Below are positions 63,751-64,000 of a stretch of 64,000 nucleotides of DNA, in pieces. Every line of letters begins with the position of its first letter. The first letter of the stretch is position 1. Origin of the DNA: Amoebidium appalachense. Taxonomy: Eukaryota; Protista; Ichthyosporea. The stretch lies in assembly GCA_963693365.1 (NCBI GenBank), contig CAVNZM010000004.1, forward strand, positions 7,415,093 to 7,479,092. Direction: 5' to 3'. Position numbers and translations under genes: made by a program. The notes under the pieces were generated by a model. It had not been told where the DNA came from, did no database searches, and saw only the letters and a list, made by a program, of their open reading frames with translations.

Positions 63751-64000
63751 AGGCAAAAAAAAAAAAAGTCATAACTATTAAAGTAGAATAAAGCAATCAA
63801 CAACAATGAATAACAAACAGAGAACAAACCAGCTAACCAAAAAAAAAACCTTTTTTCAGGGTGTTGATGAGCCTAGGGAGCAAAGACCCCACGCGCGTAC
63901 GCGCGCTCAAGCAGCGAGCCCAGGCCGTCAGGGACAGCCGTGCAAACACAAAGGCAAAAATCCTGGCGGTTCGCGACAAATCCTACTCTGCCCTGGATAG
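62067..64000 (+). CDS. 5' end of a hypothetical protein with an acidic, probably disordered N-terminus; continues beyond the window
   Basis: Exon 62067-62266 (MSSEEPNAPELPSLTVEATIDETMVAEPEETTTEEALTTPRPPQ...DLGAA-W, donor GTGAGT) joins in phase 2 to exon 63860-64000 (VLMSLGSKDPTRVRALKQRAQAVRDSRANTKAKILAVRDKSYSALD) after a TTTCAG acceptor. Confidence 0.7.

Overview
This is intron-rich eukaryotic genomic DNA. Its introns are packed with (CA)n/(GT)n and (AG)n microsatellites and long poly-C/poly-G runs, so most entries in the ORF track are spurious. The organism cannot be determined from the window; the domain content would fit a unicellular holozoan such as an ichthyosporean, but that is inference only. 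Manual exon stitching at GT-AG junctions with phase checks gives four genes. (1) The 3' part of ALKBH1 (+, 366-4435). (2) A roughly 32-exon, ~1950-aa secreted, TM-less mucin/ECM-like protein (-, 28127-7641) that combines EGF/cbEGF and VWD(GDPH)-C8 modules with bacterial-style PA14, Calx-beta-like, SdrD/Cna-B-like and lectin-like repeats. (3) Head-to-head with it, a roughly 29-exon, ~1040-aa secreted protein (+, 33566-57644). Its core looks like a Bacteroidetes-type Pectate_lyase_3 + DUF4955 (PL29-like glycosaminoglycan lyase) beta-helix, fully intronised and flanked by hevein-like, PAN/Apple, three TSP1, EGF-like and ricin-B-like modules. This is the main find. (4) The 5' end of an unknown gene (+, from 62067). 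The window also holds a 186-bp Tc1/mariner-type MITE and a structured ~300-bp repeat family found in gene-3 introns. All family assignments are from recalled motifs, not database searches.
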